From assembly GCA_018711995.1 (NCBI GenBank), contig DVHO01000030.1:1-48497 (forward strand): a stretch of 48,497 nucleotides of DNA, written 5' to 3'. The notes under the pieces were generated by a model. It did not search any database. It worked only from the letters and a program-made list of their open reading frames with translations, and was not told where the DNA came from. Source of the stretch: Candidatus Pelethousia gallinarum. GTDB lineage: Bacteria > Bacillota > Clostridia > Christensenellales > CAG-138. Shown here one piece after another: positions 24,952 through 33,248 of the stretch. Numbering within the stretch: the stretch's first letter is position 1; the number at the start of each line of letters is the position of its first letter. Both the position numbers and the translations under genes were made by a program.

Positions 24952-27900
24952 TTATTCCTGGCGGGGGGCGTTCCCAATGACGCGGTCGCTGGGCAGCGCC
25001 CGGTTGGTATATAGCTCGCCCCGGTTGTAGATGGCGGTTTCATCGCCTGCAAAGGTAATGGGCAGGAACAGGAAGAAGGACTGGTTGTTGTAGATCTGGC
25101 TGTCCTTCAATTGGGCGGAATATTCGTCCCAGCCGTTGAAAAACAGGTTGCCATCGTTACGGAGCACCGTGTTGGCGAAAACCAGGTTGCACTCCCGGAG
25201 GTTCGCGTCTGCATTTTGGGCCACGGTCAGGGAGCAGGCGTCCATGTTCATGGTCGCGCCGGAGCCAACAAGCTGGCCCTGGTTTTCCAGGGTGATGCTG
25301 GAATTCCGGAAAATGGCATAATTGTTCAACGCGATTAGAGAACTATCCGCTTCCAAGCTGACATCCGTCAGCGCCAAGGCGCCCAGATGCCCCAGCAGGC
25401 ACGCGGAGCGCCCCTCTAGGCGGAAGGCGCTTCCATCCGCAAAGAGGAAGTTGCCGGAATCCCGGACGCCGATGGCGGCCTCTTGCCGCAGCTGGATGTC
25501 TGCGCCCGGGGCGTACAACTGGCCGCCGTTGTCCAGCAGCAGGCTTCCATCCAGCAGCAGGCCGCCTCCATCGGGCAGGGATAGGGTCCCGCCCTCCAGC
25601 TGCACCACCGCGCGTTCCAGCAGGGACAGGTCCTGCGCCTCCAGCGCGCCCCCCTCGGCGAGGATGAGCTTGCAGCCGATGGCCGTCAAATGGCCCTCCC
25701 CCAGGGAGAGCTTCCCGGTGAGATACAGATCCTTCGTCAAGGTGAGATGGCCGCTATAGGCGAAATCGCTGGAAATGGCAATGGCTTCCACCTGGGGATC
25801 CGCCAGCAGGGCCGCAAGCTCCTCTGCCGTGTCGGCCTTGGGAGCGGCGGAGAGCTGCGCCATTTCCTCATCGGAGAGGATAGGGTAAATGGTGGGCTGG
25901 TCGCCGCATTGCAGGTCGATGGCGCCGCCGGTGGAGCAGTAGACGCCCTGCACCTGGTTGCCTATGCCGGACAGCTCGGCGCTTTGCGCCGCCTTTATGG
26001 TGCCGCCCTGGTTCTCCACCAGGAAGCTGTTGCGCAGGATTCCCTTTTCCTGGACATCCAGCTCGCCCTGGTTGCGCAAGATGCCGCAATTGACCAGCGC
26101 GGCGTTTTCCGCCACGGTGATGGAGCCGTAGTTATACAGGCTTGCGCCGGTTTGCAGGTAAAGCCCTTCCCCGCTAAACTCCGACGAGACTGGCTGAACC
26201 AGGATCTGCCCCAGGTTGACCAGGGCGCTGCCGCTTACGATATACATATCCGGCGTCTCCAGCGTCCCGGAGCAGGCGTTGAGGAACATTCCCTTCAAAA
26301 CCCGGGGAAGGTCGTTAAGCGCAGCCTGGCCGGCATTCCAGAACACACAAGCATTCCCCTCCCAGTCCATCCAGAGGCTGCTATCTATCGTGCCAAAGTT
26401 CAGCGCGGACGCGCCGGCGCCCATCCAAATGGAAGGCACGGACAAATCGCCATAATTGACAAGGACCGCCCGGCTGGAATACATGCATAACGCTTGATAG
26501 GAGTCCTCGCCTGGCTCCTGGGGGGCAGCGGAAAGGGTCACGCCTTCGCAAATATACACCGGGCAGGAAAAGGACAGCCCTTCATCCAGGACGATATCCC
26601 GGGTGATCTTGATGCCGCTGAGCAGCCGGCAGTCCTGGGCCGCCTTGAGCTCCTCCAGGGTGGATACCTCCTGGGCGCCGTCCAGGTCCTCCTGGAAAAT
26701 CACCACATAGGCCCCGCCTTCCCGGGCGAAGGTCAGATCCGCAGCCGACATGTTGGGCGAAGTCTCCATCCACAGGCTGCAGTTCGCCGCCTGCAAGCAG
26801 CCTGCCGCGCCGTCGGGGAAGAAGAGGCGCGTATCCTGGCCCCGCAGCCGCAGCTGGCTATAGCGGGCGTCCAGGGTGCCGTAGACCTCCAGGAAGCCCC
26901 CTTCCTCCACGATCAGTGCCTCGATCCCCAGGGTGGCTCCCTGGTCGATGCGCAGGGGCTTGGTCAGGGAAACCGGGCTGCCGTCCTTCTGGCAGGGGAG
27001 GGTTCCCTCCAGCCCCGCCGGCGCTACCAGGGCGGTAATCGACGGGTTCCCCATGAGCCGCTGGAAGCCATCGGCCGACATATCCAGGCTGGTGAGGATA
27101 TAGGCGCTTTCCCAGTCAACGGCGGCGGGGTCGATCTGGCTGGGCTGGGCCGAAACCTCTTCCACAGGTTCCACAGGTTCCACAGGTTCCACAGGCACCT
27201 GCTCCGGCGCGCCGCCGCCCAGCAGCAGCCCCGCCAGGCAGATGATGGCCGCCAGCACAAATACGCCACCCAGGGCCACATACCGGCCCTTTCCCGCCAG
27301 GTACTGCCGGAACCGGGAGGGGGTGGGGATGTCCGAGGTGATATCCGCCACGGGTTCCGGGGGTACGGGTTCCGGGGGCACAGGCTCCGGGGGAACGGGT
27401 TCCGGGGGCACAGGCTCCGGGGGCACAGGCCCCGGGGGCACAGGGTCCGGCACTACCGCCGGATACAGGGCGCCGTGGAGCTCCTCCATGGTCTGGAACC
27501 GGCCCCGGGGGGACAGGTTCAGGCCCCGTAAAATAGCCGCCTCCTGCTGGGGGGTGATCGCGATGCCCAGCTTGCTGGGCAGCATCAGGTCGGATTCGCC
27601 CCCGATCCGGTCCAGGGCCTGGGGCGGCTTTTTCCCCACCAGGCAGAAGTAGATGGTGGCGCACAGGGCGTATACGTCCGTCCAGGGACCCTGGCCCTTT
27701 TGTTGATACTGCTCGATGGGGGCATAGCCATGCTTGAGGGTGATGGTTAGGGTTTCCTCCCCGTGCTCGCTTTCCCGGGCGCAGCCAAAGTCGATGAGCC
27801 GCACCTCCCCGTTTTCCAGCATCAGGTTATCCGGGGAGATATCCCGGTGGATCAGGCCCCCCTCATGCAGGGTGGACAGGGCCCGGAACAGGGGCTCGAT

Positions 27901-28422
27901 CATGGGGAAGAGCTCCTGGGGGGAAAGCCGGCCGCCCCGCTGGGCCACCAGTTCGGTGAAGGTGGTGCCCTCGATGTATTCCATGACGATATAGGCGGTA
28001 TTGTTGGCCTCGAAGAAGTCCCGCACGCTGACGATGACCTGCTGCTTATCCATCTTGGCCATGGCCCTGGCTTCGTTGAGGAATTTCTTCTTGCCCCGCT
28101 CAAAGCCTTCCCGGGCCGGGCCTACGCTGTAGCCCGTCAGCTCCGGGGATATGGTGGCGTTGCGGCTGGCCTTGTCCACGGGATAATATTCCTTGATGGC
28201 CACCTTAAGCTCCAGCCGCAGGTCGCAGCCGATGTAGGTGATGCCAAAGCCACCTTCCCCCAGCACCCGGCCCACCAGGTAACGGTCCATCAGCACGGTG
28301 CCGGGCCGCAGATGGTGGGGGGAAGGGACATAGGTCCCGGCGGTCAGGCCGCAATTGGGGCAGCTGGCGTTGCCGGATATGGGCGTCATACAATATGGGC
28401 AATAATTCCGTTGGTTTTTCAC
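24952..28422 (-). CDS. Membrane Ser/Thr protein kinase: N-terminal zinc ribbon, Hanks kinase domain, Pro-rich repeats, one TM, ~750-aa repetitive ectodomain
   Basis: 1156 aa with a GTG start and GAGG upstream. Features: ribbon CPYCMTPISGNASCPNCG; kinase motifs GEGGFG, VAIKEY, HRDISPDN, DFGCAR, APIEQ; (PVPPE)n; TM YVALGGVFVLAAIICLAGLLLGG. The C-terminal region has Gly/Asn/Leu-rich beta-helix-like repeats. Confidence 0.85.
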   Translation of the reverse strand: MKNQRNYCPYCMTPISGNASCPNCGLTAGTYVPSPHHLRPGTVLMDRYLVGRVLGEGGFGITYIGCDLRLELKVAIKEYYPVDKASRNATISPELTGYSVGPAREGFERGKKKFLNEARAMAKMDKQQVIVSVRDFFEANNTAYIVMEYIEGTTFTELVAQRGGRLSPQELFPMIEPLFRALSTLHEGGLIHRDISPDNLMLENGEVRLIDFGCARESEHGEETLTITLKHGYAPIEQYQQKGQGPWTDVYALCATIYFCLVGKKPPQALDRIGGESDLMLPSKLGIAITPQQEAAILRGLNLSPRGRFQTMEELHGALYPAVVPDPVPPGPVPPEPVPPEPVPPEPVPPEPVPPEPVADITSDIPTPSRFRQYLAGKGRYVALGGVFVLAAIICLAGLLLGGGAPEQVPVEPVEPVEPVEEVSAQPSQIDPAAVDWESAYILTSLDMSADGFQRLMGNPSITALVAPAGLEGTLPCQKDGSPVSLTKPLRIDQGATLGIEALIVEEGGFLEVYGTLDARYSQLRLRGQDTRLFFPDGAAGCLQAANCSLWMETSPNMSAADLTFAREGGAYVVIFQEDLDGAQEVSTLEELKAAQDCRLLSGIKITRDIVLDEGLSFSCPVYICEGVTLSAAPQEPGEDSYQALCMYSSRAVLVNYGDLSVPSIWMGAGASALNFGTIDSSLWMDWEGNACVFWNAGQAALNDLPRVLKGMFLNACSGTLETPDMYIVSGSALVNLGQILVQPVSSEFSGEGLYLQTGASLYNYGSITVAENAALVNCGILRNQGELDVQEKGILRNSFLVENQGGTIKAAQSAELSGIGNQVQGVYCSTGGAIDLQCGDQPTIYPILSDEEMAQLSAAPKADTAEELAALLADPQVEAIAISSDFAYSGHLTLTKDLYLTGKLSLGEGHLTAIGCKLILAEGGALEAQDLSLLERAVVQLEGGTLSLPDGGGLLLDGSLLLDNGGQLYAPGADIQLRQEAAIGVRDSGNFLFADGSAFRLEGRSACLLGHLGALALTDVSLEADSSLIALNNYAIFRNSSITLENQGQLVGSGATMNMDACSLTVAQNADANLRECNLVFANTVLRNDGNLFFNGWDEYSAQLKDSQIYNNQSFFLFLPITFAGDETAIYNRGELYTNRALPSDRVIGNAPRQE
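27160..27195 (-). repeat. Intragenic 9-bp tandem repeat x4 (encodes PVE x4) on the extracellular side of the kinase TM
   Basis: ttccacagg repeated four times without variation. Confidence 0.9.
27351..27455 (-). repeat. Intragenic 15-bp tandem repeat, about 7 units (encodes PVPP[E/G] repeats) on the cytoplasmic side of the kinase TM
   Basis: Units of the form cgggttccgggggca/caggctccgggggca with third-position variation. Confidence 0.9.
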
Positions 28423-28452
28423 GTTCGCAGCCTCACAAATGGTCGTTGGTGG

Positions 28453-29478
28453 TTACAGGGCATGGATCAAAGCCGCCAGAAGGGCAAGCGCGCCCGCCCC
28501 GCACAGGCAAAGGATGGCAATGCCGAGGGGGGATAGCCGCTTTTTTGGGTCCGGGTCCGGGGGCAGGGGGTCGTCCTCGGAAAAGAAAGGCACCTTTTCA
28601 AGCAGGTCCAGCCACTGGGCCATGGTTTGAGGGCGCTGGCGGGCGTCTGCGGCCAGGCCCCACATGAGCAGGGACTCCAGTTCGGGAGATATCGGGACGC
28701 CTACCTTGCTGGGGGCAGGCAGGGGGTCCGGCTGGTTGTCATGGAGGGCGAAGATCCGTTCCGGCGCCTGGGGAGGCACCAGGCCGGTGATGCAATAATA
28801 GATGGTGGCGCACAGGGCGTACAGGTCGGTATAATCCCCCTGGCCCCGGGTCTGGTATTGCTCAAAGGGGGCGAAGCCGGGCTTGAGCAGCACGGACATG
28901 GAGCGGCCGTCCTCCATGGCCCGGGCGCATCCGAAATCCAGGAGCTTGAAGGAGCCGTCCGGCATCCACATGATGTTGTCCGGGGCGATGTCCCGGTGCA
29001 GCACCCCCCGCTGATGCATGGTGGAAAGATCCCGGATGAAGGAGAGCATGGGAGGCAGCAGGGTCTGGATGGGGATGGGCCCATCCCGCTCCACCATTTG
29101 GCGCAGGGTGATGCCATCCAGATATTCCATTACCATGTAGGCCGTGCCGCTTTCGGGAAAGAAATCCAAAATGTTTACCACGGAAGGGATCTCATCCAGG
29201 GCCTTAAGCATGGCGGCTTCGTTGAGGAAACTCTTTTTCCCCTTGGCATAGGCGTCCTGATGCTGGGGGCTGGGGGCGATGCCGCCATCCGGCGTCCGAA
29301 TGGGCTTGCACAGGTTGGGGAAATACTCCTTTACCGCCACGGGGACGCCCGTGGCGGTCTCCCGCCCCCGGTAGGTGATGCCGAAGCCGCCCTTGCCCAG
29401 GCAAGCGTCCAGCCGGTAACTATGGCGTGGGCCCTGAAGCAAATATCCCCCGGGCAGGTTGGTATCCAATGTCTCCAT
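28453..29478 (-). CDS. Ser/Thr protein kinase with C-terminal membrane anchor and no ectodomain
   Basis: Kinase motifs GKGGFG, VAVKEY, HRDIAPDN, DFGCAR, APFEQ. The C-terminal TM is LSPLGIAILCLCGAGALALLAALI. I prefer the ATG at 29478 (METLD), 1 nt after the upstream gene stop; the track ORF extends to 29502. Confidence 0.85.
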   Translation of the reverse strand: METLDTNLPGGYLLQGPRHSYRLDACLGKGGFGITYRGRETATGVPVAVKEYFPNLCKPIRTPDGGIAPSPQHQDAYAKGKKSFLNEAAMLKALDEIPSVVNILDFFPESGTAYMVMEYLDGITLRQMVERDGPIPIQTLLPPMLSFIRDLSTMHQRGVLHRDIAPDNIMWMPDGSFKLLDFGCARAMEDGRSMSVLLKPGFAPFEQYQTRGQGDYTDLYALCATIYYCITGLVPPQAPERIFALHDNQPDPLPAPSKVGVPISPELESLLMWGLAADARQRPQTMAQWLDLLEKVPFFSEDDPLPPDPDPKKRLSPLGIAILCLCGAGALALLAALIHAL

Positions 29479-29479
29479 G

Positions 29480-30817
29480 TCAGCTTCCCCGCTTTTCTGC
29501 AATCACAAAGGCTTCCAAGGGAGAGCCCAGGTAGAAGCTATCCCCCACCTGCAGCTCTATGGGCTGGTTGGGAAATAGTTTGGCGCCGTTTTTCAGGAAG
29601 GTGCCGTGGGTGGAGCCCAGGTCCTGCAAAAATAGTTTATCATGTTTGAACCAAACGGCACAATGCTTTCCACTTACCCCGGGGGTATTGGGGAACACCA
29701 CGTTGCACAGGTCCCGGTTGCGGCCCAGGATCAGCGGGTCCGTTTTGGGGATGAGGAACCGCTTGCCCGCCAGGGCGCCGGTGGTACCCTGGATCCGGTA
29801 GCCGGAATCCTGGGGATTCCCAACGGCCGCCGTGTCCCTCGGCTGGACGCGCTCCGGCGCGGGAAGAGTCTGCTTTTGAAGGGGCTGGGAGGCGTGCTTG
29901 CCCCGCTTGCCCTTCGTCAGCAGCACCGCCGCCACAACCACCGCCGCGCAAATTAACACGGCCCCGCCGATGATATAGGGAAGGTTGGAAGCGGAGCTGC
30001 CCGCCAGGGCGTAGGGGATGCTGTACTGATCCAGCAGATCTATGGCCTCCTGGATGTTGCAGGCGTAATAGTTTTGCTCCAGGGAATCCTCATCGGTCAC
30101 CGCCCAGGAATTGATGCCCAGCACCGCGCCTTGGTTATTGACCATGGGGCCGCCAGAATTGCCGTGCTGGATCACCATGTCGGTCTGGATGCGGCGCACG
30201 CCGGAGCCCGAGGAGGACAGCAGCCGGCTGATGGCGCCGCTGGTGACGGTCATATCCTGCAGGCCGTTTTGGGTGGCGGCGTCCATCGCCAGGTTATCCG
30301 ATAGCCCGGGGAAACCGATGCCGTAAACCTGGCTGCCGATCATATCCTCCGTGGGCGGCAGCAGGGGCAGTGCAATCCGCTGGTTCGTGGGGGTGCTCAG
30401 CCGCAGGATGGCCACGTCCGCGGTTTCGCTATAGGCCACCACCGTGGCGGGCAGGGAGGTTTCCTCATCGAAATAGATATCCACATAGGTTTTCAGGGTC
30501 ACGGAGCCGCCGTCCGTGGTGGGCAGGGTCACCCATTCGCCTTGGCCCTCTTCGATATAATTCTCCACCACATGGTGGTTGGTGATCAGGTATTCCGGAT
30601 CCTGATCCAGGGGGCCTACGAAGAACCCGCTGCCAACGGAGGCGACGCTGCCGTTGGAATCGGCGATGAGCGCGCCGTCCGCCCCCCGCATGGTGCAGTA
30701 GACCCGGGCTACGCCCTGCTTGGCGTCAATATAGGTGAAATCCTGTTTCGTACAGCCGCATAACAGCCCTATCAGAAGCAAAAGGGAGAAAAGACGGGGG
30801 AACCATTTGCGATACAT
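29480..30817 (-). CDS. Lipoprotein-type trypsin-like serine protease (S1) - TM - cytoplasmic FHA domain protein
   Basis: Start at ATG 30817 with AGGAG upstream; the track ORF extends to 30979. Signal/lipobox MYRKWFPRLFSLLLLIGLLCGC. Catalytic triad contexts ITNHHVV, TADVAILRL, GNSGGPMV. TM YIIGGAVLICAAVVVAAVLL. FHA domain LILGRNRDLCNVVFPNTPGVSGKHCAVWFKHDKLFLQDLGSTHGTFLNG-like. Confidence 0.8.
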   Translation of the reverse strand: MYRKWFPRLFSLLLLIGLLCGCTKQDFTYIDAKQGVARVYCTMRGADGALIADSNGSVASVGSGFFVGPLDQDPEYLITNHHVVENYIEEGQGEWVTLPTTDGGSVTLKTYVDIYFDEETSLPATVVAYSETADVAILRLSTPTNQRIALPLLPPTEDMIGSQVYGIGFPGLSDNLAMDAATQNGLQDMTVTSGAISRLLSSSGSGVRRIQTDMVIQHGNSGGPMVNNQGAVLGINSWAVTDEDSLEQNYYACNIQEAIDLLDQYSIPYALAGSSASNLPYIIGGAVLICAAVVVAAVLLTKGKRGKHASQPLQKQTLPAPERVQPRDTAAVGNPQDSGYRIQGTTGALAGKRFLIPKTDPLILGRNRDLCNVVFPNTPGVSGKHCAVWFKHDKLFLQDLGSTHGTFLKNGAKLFPNQPIELQVGDSFYLGSPLEAFVIAEKRGS

Positions 30818-30821
30818 TGTG

Positions 30822-31547
30822 TTAACTCCTTTCAGGTATGCGCAGCCAAATGGCCGCGGCGGAATTGTTGTCGTTGTTGGGGGGGATGCGCTGGGAAAGG
30901 ATTTGCCGCATCCGGCCGATCCAATCCTCCGGGGAGCTGGCCTGGGCAAGGGTTTGCAACATTTCCGCCTCGTACACATATTCCCAGAAGCCGTCGCTGC
31001 ACAGCAGGAAGGCGTGCTCCCCCGGCAACAGGGGGACGTTGCCCATATCCACGTTCAGGCCTCCCTCCTGGCCCAGGGCCCGGAAGATGCGGCTGCGGTC
31101 CTCGTGGAAGCGGAGCTGCTCCGGCTGGATCTGGCCCAGCAGCACGGCCACCTGGGAGGCGCTGTGGTCCCGGGTCTGGTACGCCAGGGCCCCGTTTAGA
31201 AACCGGTATAGCCGGGAATCGCCGGCATAGGCCCATTCGGCATAGCCGGGGGAAAGGGACAGGGCCACAATGGTGGATTTCATTTTGCATTCGGGGGTCT
31301 GCAGCTGCAGGATTTCCTGATGGGCTTTGAGGATGAGCCCGGATAGGCAATTGGGGAGGGAGGCCCCTTCCCAGCCGCCGCATACCGTATCCACCGCCAG
31401 GGAGGCGGCGATTTGGCCGCCGCCGTGGCCGCCCAGCCCGTCGGCCAGGACGGCCAGGACCTGGTCCTCCCCCGCTGTTTTTATCCCCACGGCGTCCTCG
31501 TTGCAGGCCCGCCCGCCGATATCGGAATAGCAAAACGTACGGATCAA
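30822..31547 (-). CDS. PP2C-family Ser/Thr phosphatase (soluble)
   Basis: 241 aa, TTG start with GGAGGG 8 nt upstream, overlapping the upstream stop (TTGA). Motifs: SDIGGRACNEDAV, LADGLGGHGGG, CSDGFWE. Confidence 0.85.
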   Translation of the reverse strand: MIRTFCYSDIGGRACNEDAVGIKTAGEDQVLAVLADGLGGHGGGQIAASLAVDTVCGGWEGASLPNCLSGLILKAHQEILQLQTPECKMKSTIVALSLSPGYAEWAYAGDSRLYRFLNGALAYQTRDHSASQVAVLLGQIQPEQLRFHEDRSRIFRALGQEGGLNVDMGNVPLLPGEHAFLLCSDGFWEYVYEAEMLQTLAQASSPEDWIGRMRQILSQRIPPNNDNNSAAAIWLRIPERS

Positions 31548-32560
31548 TGGGCTTCCCTCCTATTGGGGTTGCGCGGGCGGGGAGATTGCCCCCCCTCGCA
31601 GGCCAGGATTACGGCCGTATAGTTGTCCTGGTTTTGGTAGCCCTTTTGCAGGATGGCCGCCTCCAGGGCCTGAGGGGCGTTGGACCCCGCGCCTAGGGCC
31701 TTGAGAAGCTCCTGGTCGCTTAGGGCGTTATATACCCCGTCGGACATGAGCAGCAGCTGATCGCCGGGACGCAGGGCCAGGGGGCCGGCAGGGAGATCCA
31801 GCTGCTCCAGCGGGCCCATGCCCAGGAAGCTGACCAGCCCGTCCTTCCGCTTGTCCGTATAAACGTCCTGCAAGGGGATCTCCCCATTGACCGCCTGCAA
31901 GGCCAGGGTTTGTTTGAAATCGTGCTCCCGGGTCAGTTGGATCAGGCAGCCGTTCCGGCAAAGGCAAATGCGGCTATCCCCTATGTTGACGAAGGAAAAG
32001 ACATTGTCCTTTATCAAGCCCATGGCCAGGGTGGAGCCGCTGCTCCGGTATTGGCCGGGGCCTAGTATGCCGTTGACCTTTTGTACGGCCCATTGGGTCA
32101 GGGTCAATAGCGCCTGTTCCGGCGTGCCCTGGCCTTGGGAGTAGAGGAACCCGTCTAAAATGGTTTCCACCACCGCGGCGCTGATCTTATCCCCATGCTG
32201 GAGCCCGCCCATGCCGTCCGCCACTACGGCCAGGATGCCGTGGCTTTGCAGGCGGCTTGGGTCGGAGATCCCAAAGCTGTCCTGCTGGTAGTCCCGGGCA
32301 CCCTGGCCATGGACCTTGCCCACCGCCACGGAAACGATGGGGGCGGCGGGCTCACGAAGTCGGCGCAGGGCCAAGGCATTGCGCCTGGCCAAAACCAGCA
32401 GGGCCCCAACGCAGGCCAGCAGCCCCACAAGCAGGCACAAAACCACAGGGGGGAACCAGGGGGCCGCGCATAGGGATCGGAACCAGGTTTGCCAGGGCGA
32501 CAAGCCTTCGGCCGCATCCGCTGCAATGGCGGCGGGGGAGAGGGGGAAAGGAGGCATCAT
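31544..32560 (-). CDS. PP2C-family Ser/Thr phosphatase with N-terminal transmembrane segment
   Basis: 338 aa. TM PPVVLCLLVGLLACVGALLVLA. Motifs QDSFGI, VADGMGGLQHG, MSDGVYN. Confidence 0.85.
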   Translation of the reverse strand: MMPPFPLSPAAIAADAAEGLSPWQTWFRSLCAAPWFPPVVLCLLVGLLACVGALLVLARRNALALRRLREPAAPIVSVAVGKVHGQGARDYQQDSFGISDPSRLQSHGILAVVADGMGGLQHGDKISAAVVETILDGFLYSQGQGTPEQALLTLTQWAVQKVNGILGPGQYRSSGSTLAMGLIKDNVFSFVNIGDSRICLCRNGCLIQLTREHDFKQTLALQAVNGEIPLQDVYTDKRKDGLVSFLGMGPLEQLDLPAGPLALRPGDQLLLMSDGVYNALSDQELLKALGAGSNAPQALEAAILQKGYQNQDNYTAVILACEGGQSPRPRNPNRREAH

Positions 32561-32564
32561 AGCA

Positions 32565-33218
32565 TTACCCCTCGCTCCAGTCGAAATGCTCTCCGGATAG
32601 CCCGATAAAAATCAGGTTGGTGGAGCCGATGGTGATCCGGTCGTAGTTTTTCAATTCCGCTTCCCGGATCACCGGCTTGCCGTTGAGCAGGAGTGGGTTT
32701 TTCCCAAGCTCATGGGCGATATAGAAGCCCTTGGTCTGGGGGACATAGGTGACGCTGGAATCCCGCTCGGCGGAGATGGTGGCATCCCCGTGGATGCAGA
32801 TATCCCCCGAGACCCGGCCGATATAGTTATAGCCCACTCGAAGCCGGTAGTCGTTGCCCCGGCAGGGGCCGTTTATGGCCACCAGCCAGCCCACCACAGG
32901 GGAAGGCGCGCCTGCGGGGGTATGGGGGTCCACGGACATGGTGTCATGCATCCGGTTGGAAAGACGATGCTGGGCGGGGAAGGTGGTGGGGCCAAAGGCG
33001 GTGGGGCCGTCCGAGGGAACGTTCTGGGAAAAAGACGTCGGGTCTGTTGTGGCCGAAAAGCCGTCTTCTGTGGGCGTAGCATGGCCGGGCATCCCACCAA
33101 AGGGATCTAGGGATGGGATGAAACTCCCGCTGCTGCAATAGGGGCAGCTTTCATATCGGGATGGATCATAGGGATGCCCATTGGGGCAGGTCGTAATTTT
33201 TTTGTGGATTTCTGCCAT
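32565..33218 (-). CDS. Zinc-ribbon + FHA domain protein
   Basis: 217 aa with GGAGGG upstream. N-terminal ribbon CPNGHPYDPSRYESCPYC, a Pro/Thr-rich linker, and a C-terminal FHA domain (YIGRVSGDICIHGDATISAERDSSVTY...LLLNGKPV). Confidence 0.8.
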   Translation of the reverse strand: MAEIHKKITTCPNGHPYDPSRYESCPYCSSGSFIPSLDPFGGMPGHATPTEDGFSATTDPTSFSQNVPSDGPTAFGPTTFPAQHRLSNRMHDTMSVDPHTPAGAPSPVVGWLVAINGPCRGNDYRLRVGYNYIGRVSGDICIHGDATISAERDSSVTYVPQTKGFYIAHELGKNPLLLNGKPVIREAELKNYDRITIGSTNLIFIGLSGEHFDWSEG

Positions 33219-33248
33219 AATACAATCCCTCCGTAAAAAAAGATTTGG

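Noticed and set aside
27160-27455. Short direct repeats considered as a possible CRISPR array or other non-coding array
   Set aside because: The periods are 9 and 15 bp with no spacers. The repeats are in frame within the kinase ORF and encode PVE and PVPPE linkers.
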